DNA of 63,652 bases from Bacteroidota bacterium (lineage in GTDB: Bacteria; Bacteroidota; Ignavibacteria; UBA10030; UBA8401). The stretch spans positions 1 through 63,652 of the forward strand of contig JBMOHT010000004.1 of the NCBI GenBank assembly GCA_049317705.1. The letters are read 5' to 3'. Shown here one piece after another: positions 19,152 through 29,130 of the stretch. Numbering within the stretch: the first letter of the stretch is position 1; the number at the start of each line of letters is the position of its first letter. The notes below the pieces were generated by a model that worked only from the letters and a program-made list of their open reading frames with translations, ran no database searches and had not been told where the DNA came from. The position numbers and the translations under genes were made by a program.

Positions 19152-21522
19152 CCGATGGTCATTGAAAGGGAAGATCGATTCCATGTTCCTGCTGCTGGGA
19201 GCATTCTCAATGATGCTTGCAATAGCCGTTGTCTTCAGTTTCTATCAGATCAATCTGCTGAATGAAAAATCGGATTCCGTCAGCGAGGATGCTGTTGTGA
19301 TGCGTGAGATACAGTACCACACCTCTCAGGTCTGGCAGTATGTGACCGATTATGCCCTCACATTCGATGAAGCAGCCGATATGAAGGAAATTACCGATCA
19401 CAAGAATGCTGCGGTCGAAAATATCAAACACGTCATGAAGTCAGAAGCATTGTCCGCTGAAGATAAAGCGCTGCTGCTGAGTGTTCAAGCCGGTATTGCA
19501 CAGATGGCAACCGATGGAGTTGCGATGGGCAAAGCCTACCGTACGGACAAACGGGCAGGAGACCGCTTGATGACTGAATATGATGCGATCGCCGACGGAA
19601 CAGTCAAGAAGATCGACCAACTGGTGAAAGATGCCGGTGCCAATGTGATCGGCATTGCTGCTGAAAAGACTGCTGCCATTCAGACCATTATGATCGTGAT
19701 CGGCGTACTGCTCATGATCAGCATGGTGATGGGTTACTTCGTCTCACGGTGGCTCTCCGGTTATGTCACCAGACCGATCAACAAGATCAGCGCGGTCTCC
19801 AAAAAGATCGCCGAAGGTCAGTTCGTGGAACGCATCACCAATATCAACGAGAAGGATGAACTCGGAACCCTTTGCTGGGAATTCAACGACATGGTCGACC
19901 AGATCGAGACCTTGTTGAAGGAGATCATCACATCGATCGAATATTCAAGCAAGGGAAAATATTTCCGTAAACCGATCCCCGACGGCTTGAAAGGGATGCT
20001 GAACAAGACAGCGATCCAGGTGCAGCAGGCACTGCAGGAACAGGAACACCGCGAAAAACTGATTGAGCACGATAAACAATACCTCAGCACCAAAACAGCT
20101 GAACTTCTGGCAGCAATGGAGAAATTCTCTCACGGCGATCTTACCGTATCGGTCGATTCTGAGAAGGATGATGAGATGGGGAAACTGTTCGACGGTTTCA
20201 ATCTGTCTGTAAATAATCTTAACAAGAAGATGCGTGCGGTCAATGATGCTGCTGAAAAAGCCGCACACGCCGGTTCCACCATCAGTTCCAGCACCACACA
20301 GATGGCTGCCGGTGCCGAAGAACAGTCCACCCAATCCTCCGAAGTGGCGAGCGCCATGGAAGAGATGACATTGACCATCGGCGACAATTCCAAGAACGCA
20401 CAGATCGCCGTTCACACGGCGCAGCAGGCGAAGAATGCCGCTGAACACGGCGGTTCACTCGTGCAGAAGACCGTCCACGGAATGGAGAAGATCAGCGATA
20501 TCGTCCGGAGTTCGGCTGATACCATCCACACACTCGGGAAATCGAGCGTTCAGATCGGCGAGATCGTCGGCACCATCAACGATATCGCAGACCAGACCAA
20601 TCTGCTTGCACTCAACGCCGCTATCGAAGCAGCGCGTGCCGGCGAACAAGGAAGAGGGTTCGCGGTCGTTGCGGATGAAGTACGTAAACTTGCAGAACGG
20701 ACAACACGCGCAACAAAAGAGATCGCAATGATGATCCGTAAGATCCAGGAAGAGACCACCACAGCGGTCGAAGCAATGGAAAAAGGGACGCGCAATGTGG
20801 AAGAGGAACGGGTCCTTGCAAAAGAGGCCGGTAATGCATTGACGGAGATCGTTACGATCGTGAACAAGGTCACCGACATGATCACGCAGATCGCGGAAGC
20901 GAATGCACAGCAGACCAAAGCAAGCGATGAGATCAGCAGGAATATCGTCGGTATCTCTTCGGTGACGAATGAGAATGCCCATGCGATCGATCAGATCTCG
21001 CGTTCGGCGGAAGAGGTCGCTCAGATCACTACAACGCTCTCATCGATGGTGATGGAATTCGTCCTGTTCGGCAACAACGAGCATCTTCGCGGACGAGGCA
21101 CCAGTCTTGCCGTTGCACCCGGCGGTAGACTCGTTCCGGAACGGCAGAAGAATGAATCATTCGATATCGACGCCGCCATCGAAGCGCACAATCAATGGAA
21201 AGGCCGCATTCAGAACCTGCTGAACGGCAGAGAACATATGACCGTGGACCAGGTAACGACCCATCTGCAATGCAAACTCGGCAAATGGTATTACGAGGAA
21301 GGGCAGTCGCAATACAAATCCAACTTCCACTTCCAGGAACTCGGAACGGCGCATGAAAAACTGCATGCCGTGCTGAAAGATGTCGTGCGGTTATACAACG
21401 ATGGACGGAAGAATGAAGCCCGCGAAGCAAGTGCCAGCGTGAACACCCTTTCGAAGAAGGTGGTGCAGGCATTGAACGAATTGAAGAACGATATGATGGT
21501 GCAACGAACGGAAGAAGTATGA
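19126..21522 (+). CDS. mcp: Methyl-accepting chemotaxis protein 8 with two HAMP-like units and a C-terminal CZB (chemoreceptor zinc-binding) domain
   Basis: C-terminal HNQW-x24-CKLGKW-x21-HEKLH fits the CZB motif Hxx[WFYL]-x21-28-Cx[LFMVI]Gx[WFLVI]-x18-27-HxxxH. The signalling hairpin is present. The start overlaps the PAS2 stop by 26 nt. Confidence 0.9.
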   Translation: MKSLFSVFNRWSLKGKIDSMFLLLGAFSMMLAIAVVFSFYQINLLNEKSDSVSEDAVVMREIQYHTSQVWQYVTDYALTFDEAADMKEITDHKNAAVENIKHVMKSEALSAEDKALLLSVQAGIAQMATDGVAMGKAYRTDKRAGDRLMTEYDAIADGTVKKIDQLVKDAGANVIGIAAEKTAAIQTIMIVIGVLLMISMVMGYFVSRWLSGYVTRPINKISAVSKKIAEGQFVERITNINEKDELGTLCWEFNDMVDQIETLLKEIITSIEYSSKGKYFRKPIPDGLKGMLNKTAIQVQQALQEQEHREKLIEHDKQYLSTKTAELLAAMEKFSHGDLTVSVDSEKDDEMGKLFDGFNLSVNNLNKKMRAVNDAAEKAAHAGSTISSSTTQMAAGAEEQSTQSSEVASAMEEMTLTIGDNSKNAQIAVHTAQQAKNAAEHGGSLVQKTVHGMEKISDIVRSSADTIHTLGKSSVQIGEIVGTINDIADQTNLLALNAAIEAARAGEQGRGFAVVADEVRKLAERTTRATKEIAMMIRKIQEETTTAVEAMEKGTRNVEEERVLAKEAGNALTEIVTIVNKVTDMITQIAEANAQQTKASDEISRNIVGISSVTNENAHAIDQISRSAEEVAQITTTLSSMVMEFVLFGNNEHLRGRGTSLAVAPGGRLVPERQKNESFDIDAAIEAHNQWKGRIQNLLNGREHMTVDQVTTHLQCKLGKWYYEEGQSQYKSNFHFQELGTAHEKLHAVLKDVVRLYNDGRKNEAREASASVNTLSKKVVQALNELKNDMMVQRTEEV

Positions 21523-22538
21523 AGATCCTCATAGCCGAAGATGATGCACTGGTCCGCATCATGTTCCGGAAGGTCATGAAGGGGACCGAGTTCACCTTGG
21601 TCGAAGCAATGAACGGCGAAGAAGCTCTTGCGAAGATGAGATCGGAAGAGTTCGACGCCGTCATCACCGACTGGATGATGCCGAAGATGGACGGGATCGA
21701 ACTGATCGCGAACATCCGGAAACGTCAAAGTGATCCTCCGTATATCCTTATGGTGACGGCGATCTCCACTGACGATGCGATGAAGAAAGCACTCGATGCC
21801 GGTGCGGATGATTTCATCACCAAGCCGTTCTTTCGTGAACCGCTCCTTCAGTCAATTCGGAACGGTATCCTTCGCAGCAAACAGGGGAAAGGTGTCTCCA
21901 AGATCATGTCCGCCAAGAGCGCGGCTACGAGGCACTCAATGATCGCGATCGGTATCGCCTCAAGCACAGGCGGTCCGCAGACGCTGATGAAATTATTTCC
22001 GGATATTCCTAAGTTCACCAATGCGGCGATCTTTCTAGTGCAGCACGGTCCGGCCTGGATGCTCCGGTCGTTCGCGCTGCGGCTGAAAGAGATCACACCG
22101 ATGGGAGTGTTCATCGGTGAGGACGGGATGAGATTCAATCCCGGCAATATCTACATCGCACCGGGTGATATCCATATGATCGTCGATCCGAACAGCGATG
22201 TATTGCGGCTGATCGATGATCCGCCGGAAAATTACTGTAAGCCGGCTGCTGATCCGCTCTTCCGCAGTATCGGTGCTGCATTCGGAACGTCCGCCGTCTC
22301 CGTCGTGCTCAGCGGAATGGGGAAGGACGGCACCATCGGTTCCGGATACATCGCTGCCTCCGGCGGGACGGTCCTCGCGCAGGATCCGTCAACGGCTATT
22401 CTTCCGTCCATGCCGAAAAGCATTGTCGATCTCAGAATTGCCTCAGAGGTTCATCCGATAGAAAAACTTGGGAAAGCACTGGCAAATGTGGTGAACGATC
22501 TTACGCACAAACCAAAACTGAAAATATACGGCACATAA
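21519..22538 (+). CDS. cheB: CheB-type methylesterase with receiver domain (CheB1)
   Basis: REC (ILIAEDD...DWMMPKMDG...KPF) plus esterase domain with SSTGGP (Ser), LVQH (His) and GMGKDG (Asp). An ATGA overlap links it to the MCP8 stop. Confidence 0.85.
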   Translation: MKILIAEDDALVRIMFRKVMKGTEFTLVEAMNGEEALAKMRSEEFDAVITDWMMPKMDGIELIANIRKRQSDPPYILMVTAISTDDAMKKALDAGADDFITKPFFREPLLQSIRNGILRSKQGKGVSKIMSAKSAATRHSMIAIGIASSTGGPQTLMKLFPDIPKFTNAAIFLVQHGPAWMLRSFALRLKEITPMGVFIGEDGMRFNPGNIYIAPGDIHMIVDPNSDVLRLIDDPPENYCKPAADPLFRSIGAAFGTSAVSVVLSGMGKDGTIGSGYIAASGGTVLAQDPSTAILPSMPKSIVDLRIASEVHPIEKLGKALANVVNDLTHKPKLKIYGT

Positions 22539-22716
22539 TGATTCATTAGCCGACGAAAGAACGGCAAAGTATTTCAGTTCGTCATTCTGATGAAACATCA
22601 TACTATGAATCATTGATGTAGTGTTCGCAGTTCACCATAAGACCGGTCGATCAGGAAATCGTCCGTAGTTACATCATTAATCAATTACTATCACAACCTT
22701 CCCACCAAGATCATTT

Positions 22717-24561
22717 ATGAGAACGATCATCAACAACATGGGGATCCGGTCGAAGATCATTTTACCCATATCGGTTTTTGCCGTAATAACGGTCCTGATA
22801 TTGTATAAATATTTTGATTCGACAATTCTTGACGCAAAGATCCAGGAACATGTTGCTGAAGCCCGGGCATTGATAGTCAGTTCCGAATCTGCCAGGGAAT
22901 ATGCTGCCGATCAGTTCCGTCTTGGTGTCTTTAAGGAAGGACTGAAAGATAAGGATCAAATTCTCCATACGGTTCCGGTCGTTGCTGCAATGCAGGTCAT
23001 TCAGAAAAAAGCGGATGAGATGGGTGTGATCTTCAAGGTTCCGAAGATCTCTCCGCGTAATCCTAAGAATCTTCCGGATGAATACGAAATTACAGTCCTG
23101 AAAAAACTCGAAAACGGACGACTGAATGAATACTGGGAATTTGACCGGGAAAAAGCTCAGCTTCGTTATTTTCGTCCGGTAAAACTGACGAAAGAATGCC
23201 TCGCGTGTCACGGAGATCCTGCAACGTCCGCCGAACTTTGGGGGAATACCGAAGGCAACGATGTGACCGGGACAAGGATGGAGAATTGGAAGGAAGGGGA
23301 GGTGCATGGTGCATTTGAGATCATCACCAACATGCAGCATGCCGTGATGGAAGCACATTCTGACTCCCGCATCGGTGCGCTGATCGTTATAGCGTGCGGT
23401 ATCTGCATTGTGATCGTCGGAATTTTTATTGCACGGTGGCTGAGCGGTCCGATCACGGAATTTTCAGTCCAGGCGGACAGTGTGGCAAAAGGTGATCTTC
23501 GTTTCAAACATACACCATTGCTCGAGAAGCAGATGAACACCGGTGATGAAATGGGACTGCTTGCACGGTCGTTCGGCGTTATGATCAATTCACTCAGGGG
23601 TATCATCCGGCAGGTCGGTGAATCAAGTGCATCAGTAGCGAGTGCGAGTATCGAGATCAGCGCTAGTACAGAACAGATGGCTGCCGGAGCACAGCAGCAA
23701 ACGCAGCAGGCCGCCGAAGTTGCAAGTGCCGTTGAACAGATGACGAAGACGATCATTGAGAATGCAAAGACCGCCCAAGAGACAGCAGAAACGTCAAAAA
23801 AAGCAAAAATGGCAGCAGAACAGGGCGGAAAAGCAGTGGAAGATACCGTCAATGGAATGAAACGGATCGCCGAGGTCGTACGCTCTTCCGCGGTAACGGT
23901 GCAGGATCTGGGAAAATCGAGCGATCAGATCGGGGAGATCATCGAGGTGATCGATGAGATCGCCGACCAGACAAATCTGCTTGCACTGAATGCGGCGATC
24001 GAAGCAGCACGAGCCGGTGAGCAGGGACGCGGTTTCGCCGTGGTTGCAGACGAAGTGCGTAAACTTGCGGAACGAACGACGAAAGCGACGAAAGAGATCG
24101 CTGTGATGATCAAGCAGATCCAGAGCGAAACGAAAGGTGCAGTGAATGCAATGGAAGCCGGGACCAAAGAAGTGGACCGCGGTATCCTTCTTGCGGACAA
24201 GGCCGGAGCTTCGTTGCAGGAGATCGTTTCCATCAGTCAACAGGTGACGCAGATGATCTCACAGATCGCTGCAGCGAACGAGCAGCAATCCCGAGCGAGC
24301 GAATTGATCGCGAAAAATGTTGAAGGAATGAGTGTGGTAACACAGGAAACTGCGAACAGCGCGCATCAAGTGGCGTTGACCGCAGACGATCTCAGTAAAT
24401 TGACCGGCCATCTCGAAGAGATCGTCGGGAAATTTCATCTGAGCGATTCGGAAGATATGCTGTCGAAACAACATCATTCCAGGAATCAATCAGCACCGGA
24501 TCAGAATCGGGGAAGCAAAGCTGTGACGAGCACCGGAAGGATCGTTGAGCGTTCACGATAG
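22717..24561 (+). CDS. mcp: Methyl-accepting chemotaxis protein 9 with periplasmic c-haem sensor (DUF3365/Tll0287-like)
   Basis: [13 protein letters not shown]...[20 protein letters not shown]...GEVHGAFEI carries CLACH at 23197-23211. HAMP and the signalling hairpin follow. Confidence 0.9.
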   Translation: MRTIINNMGIRSKIILPISVFAVITVLILYKYFDSTILDAKIQEHVAEARALIVSSESAREYAADQFRLGVFKEGLKDKDQILHTVPVVAAMQVIQKKADEMGVIFKVPKISPRNPKNLPDEYEITVLKKLENGRLNEYWEFDREKAQLRYFRPVKLTKECLACHGDPATSAELWGNTEGNDVTGTRMENWKEGEVHGAFEIITNMQHAVMEAHSDSRIGALIVIACGICIVIVGIFIARWLSGPITEFSVQADSVAKGDLRFKHTPLLEKQMNTGDEMGLLARSFGVMINSLRGIIRQVGESSASVASASIEISASTEQMAAGAQQQTQQAAEVASAVEQMTKTIIENAKTAQETAETSKKAKMAAEQGGKAVEDTVNGMKRIAEVVRSSAVTVQDLGKSSDQIGEIIEVIDEIADQTNLLALNAAIEAARAGEQGRGFAVVADEVRKLAERTTKATKEIAVMIKQIQSETKGAVNAMEAGTKEVDRGILLADKAGASLQEIVSISQQVTQMISQIAAANEQQSRASELIAKNVEGMSVVTQETANSAHQVALTADDLSKLTGHLEEIVGKFHLSDSEDMLSKQHHSRNQSAPDQNRGSKAVTSTGRIVERSR

Positions 24562-24747
24562 GCTCTATGCTGCTTCAGTCCGTATGCAGACATTTCCGGG
24601 AATCGGCAATTCTGCAGTCAGAAAGATCTTCCGAACCGGAGAACACAAACATTAAACGAATGACGAGAACCAATACCGAACATCTTCATTAGATCCGCCG
24701 GAATGCCATGGCTGACACTCCTGCGTATCGATACCGGAGTGTGACCC

Positions 24748-26034
24748 ATGAGATATACCATCCTCTTCCTTTCATTGTTCCAGATATCAACGCTGTCCGT
24801 TACCGCTCAAGAAAAAGAGATCGCAGGATTTGAGAGTGCTCTTCCTTCTGAAGAGACGAACGATCACAATGATGCGGCGGTTCCGGTCCCGGTCAACCCT
24901 TCATTCTTCCGCGCTGCGCAGGATCAATACGGCATCACACTCTCCGCAGTCATCAAGAACGAGTTTTGGAGTGTCATGAACGGCGGCATCCGGAAAGATC
25001 CGGAACAGCTGCTCAATGCCGACCTGACCGCATCGGTCGATCTCTCCAAACTCGCCGGACTCTCCGACGCCGCTTTTTTCATCCACTTCCTTGGGAACAA
25101 CGGCGAAAGTATCAGCAACGATGTCGGCGACATCCAGATGGTGAGCAATATCGAAGGATACAAGACCTTCAAGCTCTATCAATGCTGGTTCGAACAATCA
25201 TTCCCTTCTGCCGATCTCTCATTCCTTATCGGCGTTTTCGATCTGAATGCGGAGTTCTATGTCACTCCTTCTTCCGCACTTTTCCTGAATGGTTCGCATG
25301 GTGTCGGCATCGATCTCGGACAGACCGGATTGAACGGCCCATCGGTTTTCCCGAATACTTCGCTCGCTATGAGACTGCGGTATGCGCCGGAAGATAGGAT
25401 CTCGTATTCCGCCGCGGTCTTCGACGGCCGTCCCGGAGCACCCGATAATTGCAACAGTTTCGATCTCTCACTGAACGGACAGGACGGATATTTTCTCATC
25501 GGCGAAGCTGCGTATGAACGGAGCGGTTCACTCAAATGTGCTGTCGGAGCATGGTATTACACCGGTTCATTCGCAGATGTCTGTGCGGTGGAAGGACTTG
25601 AGGAATATTTTGAACGGAAGGATAATGCCGGAGCATATCTGCTGTTCGATCACGCACTCTATACAGAGCCGGGTGAACAGAGCGGCGGACTGAATATCTT
25701 CACGCGGTTTGGCATCACGAATGACCATGTCAATTTGATCCGGTCCCACGTCGGCGGGGGCCTGACCTATAAAGGACCGTTTGACGGCAGAGATGATGAT
25801 GAGTTCGGGTATGCATTCGCATATGCATCGTTCGGTTCGGACTTCCGGAGATTGACCAGCTTCTACGGCGAATCAATGGCATCATTCGAAGCAGCACATG
25901 AAGTGACGTATCGTGGAGCGCTGACTCCATGGTTCGCAGTGCAATATAATCTTCAATATATCATGCATCCTTCTGCATCAATAGATGTAAGTGATGTGTT
26001 CGTGCATGGTCTTCGCCTCGAAATATCGCTGTAA
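24748..26034 (+). CDS. Outer-membrane porin, OprB (carbohydrate-selective porin) family candidate
   Basis: Signal peptide MRYTILFLSLFQISTLSVTAQ and a beta-rich body. The C-terminal WFAVQYNLQYIMHPSAS...VHGLRLEISL resembles the OprB family C-terminus. Confidence 0.55.
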   Translation: MRYTILFLSLFQISTLSVTAQEKEIAGFESALPSEETNDHNDAAVPVPVNPSFFRAAQDQYGITLSAVIKNEFWSVMNGGIRKDPEQLLNADLTASVDLSKLAGLSDAAFFIHFLGNNGESISNDVGDIQMVSNIEGYKTFKLYQCWFEQSFPSADLSFLIGVFDLNAEFYVTPSSALFLNGSHGVGIDLGQTGLNGPSVFPNTSLAMRLRYAPEDRISYSAAVFDGRPGAPDNCNSFDLSLNGQDGYFLIGEAAYERSGSLKCAVGAWYYTGSFADVCAVEGLEEYFERKDNAGAYLLFDHALYTEPGEQSGGLNIFTRFGITNDHVNLIRSHVGGGLTYKGPFDGRDDDEFGYAFAYASFGSDFRRLTSFYGESMASFEAAHEVTYRGALTPWFAVQYNLQYIMHPSASIDVSDVFVHGLRLEISL

Positions 26035-26220
26035 ATGCATCATTTTTGAATAGTATTCATCTGGTTAATATTCACCATAGCTGAAACTGAAAAAAGCTCA
26101 AGGTTCCTGAAAAAGTCCAAATCTCATCGAATTACGCGATTTTCCTCAAAAAAAATGTTGGCACAATATCTGATTTAGACTTGCCAAACAGCGAGTGTGG
26201 AACTTACCAAGGGGGAAACG

Positions 26221-26424
26221 ATGAGAACAACAAGCCAACAACATCCGCAGTTAACAAAAAAAGTACCTGTAACAACTCAGCATATGATCGACTTTTTCCA
26301 TGCGTTCGCATACCGCGGAGAGCGGTGCGTTGAATGCGGACATCAATGGACGGAAAAAGGGGAGATGCATTTCAAATCCTGCTCGTTCCACGTGTCGTAT
26401 CATAATATGCACAAACAGCATTAA
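26221..26424 (+). CDS. Small His/Cys-rich protein (possible zinc ribbon), first gene of the che operon
   Basis: AAGGGGG RBS 4 nt before ATG 26221. Contains CVECGH...CSFH. The stop lies 8 nt before the response-regulator ATG. Confidence 0.4.
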   Translation: MRTTSQQHPQLTKKVPVTTQHMIDFFHAFAYRGERCVECGHQWTEKGEMHFKSCSFHVSYHNMHKQH

Positions 26425-26432
26425 GAGTGACC

Positions 26433-26813
26433 ATGAATGTTCTTCTGATCGATGACGATGCCGTGCACAGGATATTCATCCGCCAGACATGTATCAAACG
26501 GATGAATGCAGCCGTCATGGAAGCCAAGAACGGTGTTGAAGCGCTGAGCGTGCTCGAGAAACTGATACCGGATGTCATTATCCTCGATCTGTGGATGCCG
26601 GTTATGAACGGACAGGATTTTCTGGAAAAGATAAGAGCAGAGGAGCGGTGGTCGGATATTCCGGTGATCATCATGTCGGCGCTGAAGGATAAGGACCTGG
26701 TGGAAAAACTTGTCAAACTCAATATCAGCGATTACCTGGTCAAACCTATTACGGTTGAACAATTGACCGAAAGTATAAAAAAATTAATAGCAGAAACGGT
26801 CGATCCTCAATAA
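26433..26813 (+). CDS. Single-domain response regulator (CheY-like receiver)
   Basis: NVLLIDDD...DVIILDLWMPVMNG...IPVIIMSA...DYLVKP carries the receiver acidic pocket, phospho-Asp, Ser/Thr and Lys positions. Confidence 0.85.
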   Translation: MNVLLIDDDAVHRIFIRQTCIKRMNAAVMEAKNGVEALSVLEKLIPDVIILDLWMPVMNGQDFLEKIRAEERWSDIPVIIMSALKDKDLVEKLVKLNISDYLVKPITVEQLTESIKKLIAETVDPQ

Positions 26814-26832
26814 AATCAATATTGGAACCACT

Positions 26833-28251
26833 ATGATCCATGACGAGATCAAACAGCAAATAGTCGAACTCTTTTCCAGTCCGGATGCGGACCTTCGAAG
26901 ACAGGCAGCGGAGAATCTTTCATCCGCACAGAGTGTGATCGTCTCATCGGCGCTCGCTCTTGCGCTTCAGGATAAGGATAAAGGAGTGCGCGATTCAGCG
27001 GCACGTGCCCTGCTGGATATGAAAAGTAAAAGTGCGGCATTCGCCGTAGCGGAATACCTTGTGGACAGCAGCTTTGTCACACGCAATCTGGCGTCGAATC
27101 TGCTCCTGCAGTTCGGTGAATTCTCCGTTGAACCGCTGCTGTATTATTCGGTCCACCCGAATCACGATGTGCGGAAACTTGCGATCGATACACTTGGACT
27201 CATCGGCGATCCGAAAGCGATCCCGACATTGTCCACCCTGGCGAACGATCTGGATGATAATGTGATCCTCGCGGTTGTGGAAGCATTCGGGAATATCAAA
27301 GATCCTTCGGTCGTACCGATCCTTGCAATGATCTTCTCCACGTATGATTACTCCCGCGTTGTTGTGGTGGAAGCCATGGGAAAGATCGGACATGAATCCG
27401 CTGCGCCGTTCCTCTTGTCGCAATTGAACGATATGACCGCTCCCGAAGGGGATGAGCTTCTGGTGAACTTCGCCATCGTTGAAGCACTCGCTTCCACCGG
27501 AAATCCGAACGTGCTGAACGGGATCGTCGAGCACTGCAATAACAGCACCGGAAAGATGCGCAACATCTATCTGTTCGCGCTGGTTTGCATCGCGGAACGG
27601 TACGAGGTCGTCCTTTCGGAATTCTCTTCACTGGTAGAACATTTCAAAACGGCGCTGCAGGATGATGATACCCGTGTGGTGATCGCAGCGACGAAAGCAT
27701 TGCTGAGCATGATGGATGCCGATGTGGAGACGCATGTGCTGAATCTGATCGGCAGGAACGATCAGCTCGATCAGCTCATCCTCAATAACCTTCAGGGGGG
27801 CGGACGCTCCTTCGTGGCACTGGCGAAGAAATATCCTTCATTCCAGCGCGACCAGAAGAAGACGGCGATCGATTATATCATGCCGCAGCTGAATGAACTT
27901 GCCTCAACGGATGATGAGGAGATACAGCAGGCGCGTGCGGACCTGTTCGCCCAGCTTGTGGGTGAGTGGATCGATTCGGATGAAGAACTGCGGACGGTGA
28001 TCATCGACGCGATGTTCTATTTGGATGAGGAACGTGCCGTGGCATACTTCATCGACCTGATCGGCGATTCATATTTTTGGCTCCGCATGCGTGTATTGGA
28101 ACTTCTCGCCCAGATAAGTCACTACCGCAGCATCGATGTACTCTCACAATTTGTCAATGACGATGATGAGATGGTACGCAGTTTCGTTTCCTCCGTGCTC
28201 GTTTCGCGCGGTATCATTTCTGACGCTACAGTACAACAAGGTGAACAATGA
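26833..28251 (+). CDS. HEAT-repeat (PBS-lyase HEAT-like) protein
   Basis: Iterated about 30-aa units of the type D.D..VR..AA.AL (DADLRRQAAENL, DKGVRDSAARAL, NHDVRKLAIDTL, DDNVILAVVEAF, DDEMVRSFVSSVL). The stop overlaps the cheR start. Confidence 0.75.
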   Translation: MIHDEIKQQIVELFSSPDADLRRQAAENLSSAQSVIVSSALALALQDKDKGVRDSAARALLDMKSKSAAFAVAEYLVDSSFVTRNLASNLLLQFGEFSVEPLLYYSVHPNHDVRKLAIDTLGLIGDPKAIPTLSTLANDLDDNVILAVVEAFGNIKDPSVVPILAMIFSTYDYSRVVVVEAMGKIGHESAAPFLLSQLNDMTAPEGDELLVNFAIVEALASTGNPNVLNGIVEHCNNSTGKMRNIYLFALVCIAERYEVVLSEFSSLVEHFKTALQDDDTRVVIAATKALLSMMDADVETHVLNLIGRNDQLDQLILNNLQGGGRSFVALAKKYPSFQRDQKKTAIDYIMPQLNELASTDDEEIQQARADLFAQLVGEWIDSDEELRTVIIDAMFYLDEERAVAYFIDLIGDSYFWLRMRVLELLAQISHYRSIDVLSQFVNDDDEMVRSFVSSVLVSRGIISDATVQQGEQ

Positions 28252-29126
28252 ACGTTGCCCCAGTCTATACCAACCCGATCCTGGCTAAACCCCAGACAAT
28301 GAGTGATATCACGTTCAGGGAACTGCGTGAGTTCATTTACGCGAAGACGGGGATCTATTTCCAGGACAACAAGAAATACCTTCTGGAAAGCCGGATCTCC
28401 AAGCGGCTGCAGATGCTGAAGATGGAAAAATTCGAGAATTACCTCGATTTCCTGAAGTTCGGCGTCGGCAGGGAAGATGAGAAGAAATTCCTCTTCGATG
28501 CGATCACGATCAACGAGACCTATTTCTTCCGGAATGAGCCTCAGTTCGAGATCCTTGAGAAGACCCTCATTCCCGAGATAGTGAAAGCAAAGGCCGCGAC
28601 CGGCCGAACAAAATTACGGATCTGGAGCTCCGCCAGTTCCTCCGGAGAAGAAGCGCATACTATTGCAATGATCTTCCTGGAAAAGATCAAACCAAAGTAC
28701 CCGAACCTCGAACTGGAGGTGGTCGGGACGGATATCAGTCCTTCGGTCGTTGATACCGCCCGCAAGGGTGTCTACCGTGAATATTCGGTACGGAACATGC
28801 CGAAATTCTATCTGGAGAAATACTTCCACAGCAGCGAAGGAAGATTCACGGTGGTGGACAGCGTACGGAAACTCGTCCGATTCGATCATATGAACCTGTA
28901 CGATCAGCCGCGGATGAGAATGATGACGAATTTCGATGTCATCTTCTGCTGCAATGTTCTGATCTATTTCGATGCGAAATCGAAGATCCAGGTCGTATCG
29001 AATCTCTATGACAGTCTGAACAGAGGAGGATTCCTCTTCATCGGATATGCTGAATCACTGCACGGCATCTCCAGCGCGTTCAAAGTGATCAACTTTCCCA
29101 AAGCAATTACTTATAAGAAGGAGTAG
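28248..29126 (+). CDS. cheR: CheR methyltransferase
   Basis: FRELREFIYAKTGIYF...NETYFFRNEPQFE...RIWSSASSSGEEAHTIAM...DVIFCCNVLIYF. Confidence 0.93.
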   Translation: MNVAPVYTNPILAKPQTMSDITFRELREFIYAKTGIYFQDNKKYLLESRISKRLQMLKMEKFENYLDFLKFGVGREDEKKFLFDAITINETYFFRNEPQFEILEKTLIPEIVKAKAATGRTKLRIWSSASSSGEEAHTIAMIFLEKIKPKYPNLELEVVGTDISPSVVDTARKGVYREYSVRNMPKFYLEKYFHSSEGRFTVVDSVRKLVRFDHMNLYDQPRMRMMTNFDVIFCCNVLIYFDAKSKIQVVSNLYDSLNRGGFLFIGYAESLHGISSAFKVINFPKAITYKKE

Positions 29127-29130
29127 AACC

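Noticed and set aside
24966-25397. Alternative-frame + strand ORF of 143 aa inside the OprB-like porin gene
   Set aside because: It is an Arg-rich shadow frame. The porin frame has a signal peptide and a family-like C-terminus.
1365-26034. The receptor array as a horizontally acquired island, prophage or defence locus
   Set aside because: No integrase, transposase, tRNA, toxin-antitoxin or defence-type genes are present. I cannot compute composition statistics here. By eye, codon style and the shared repeat family look continuous with the flagellar region.
26159-26174. TTGGCACaatatCTGAT upstream of the che operon as a fourth sigma-54 promoter
   Set aside because: The -24 half is good, but the -12 position reads CTGA instead of TTGC, so there is no GC dinucleotide at the required spacing. 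A TTGC occurs only 11 nt further downstream than the consensus position allows.
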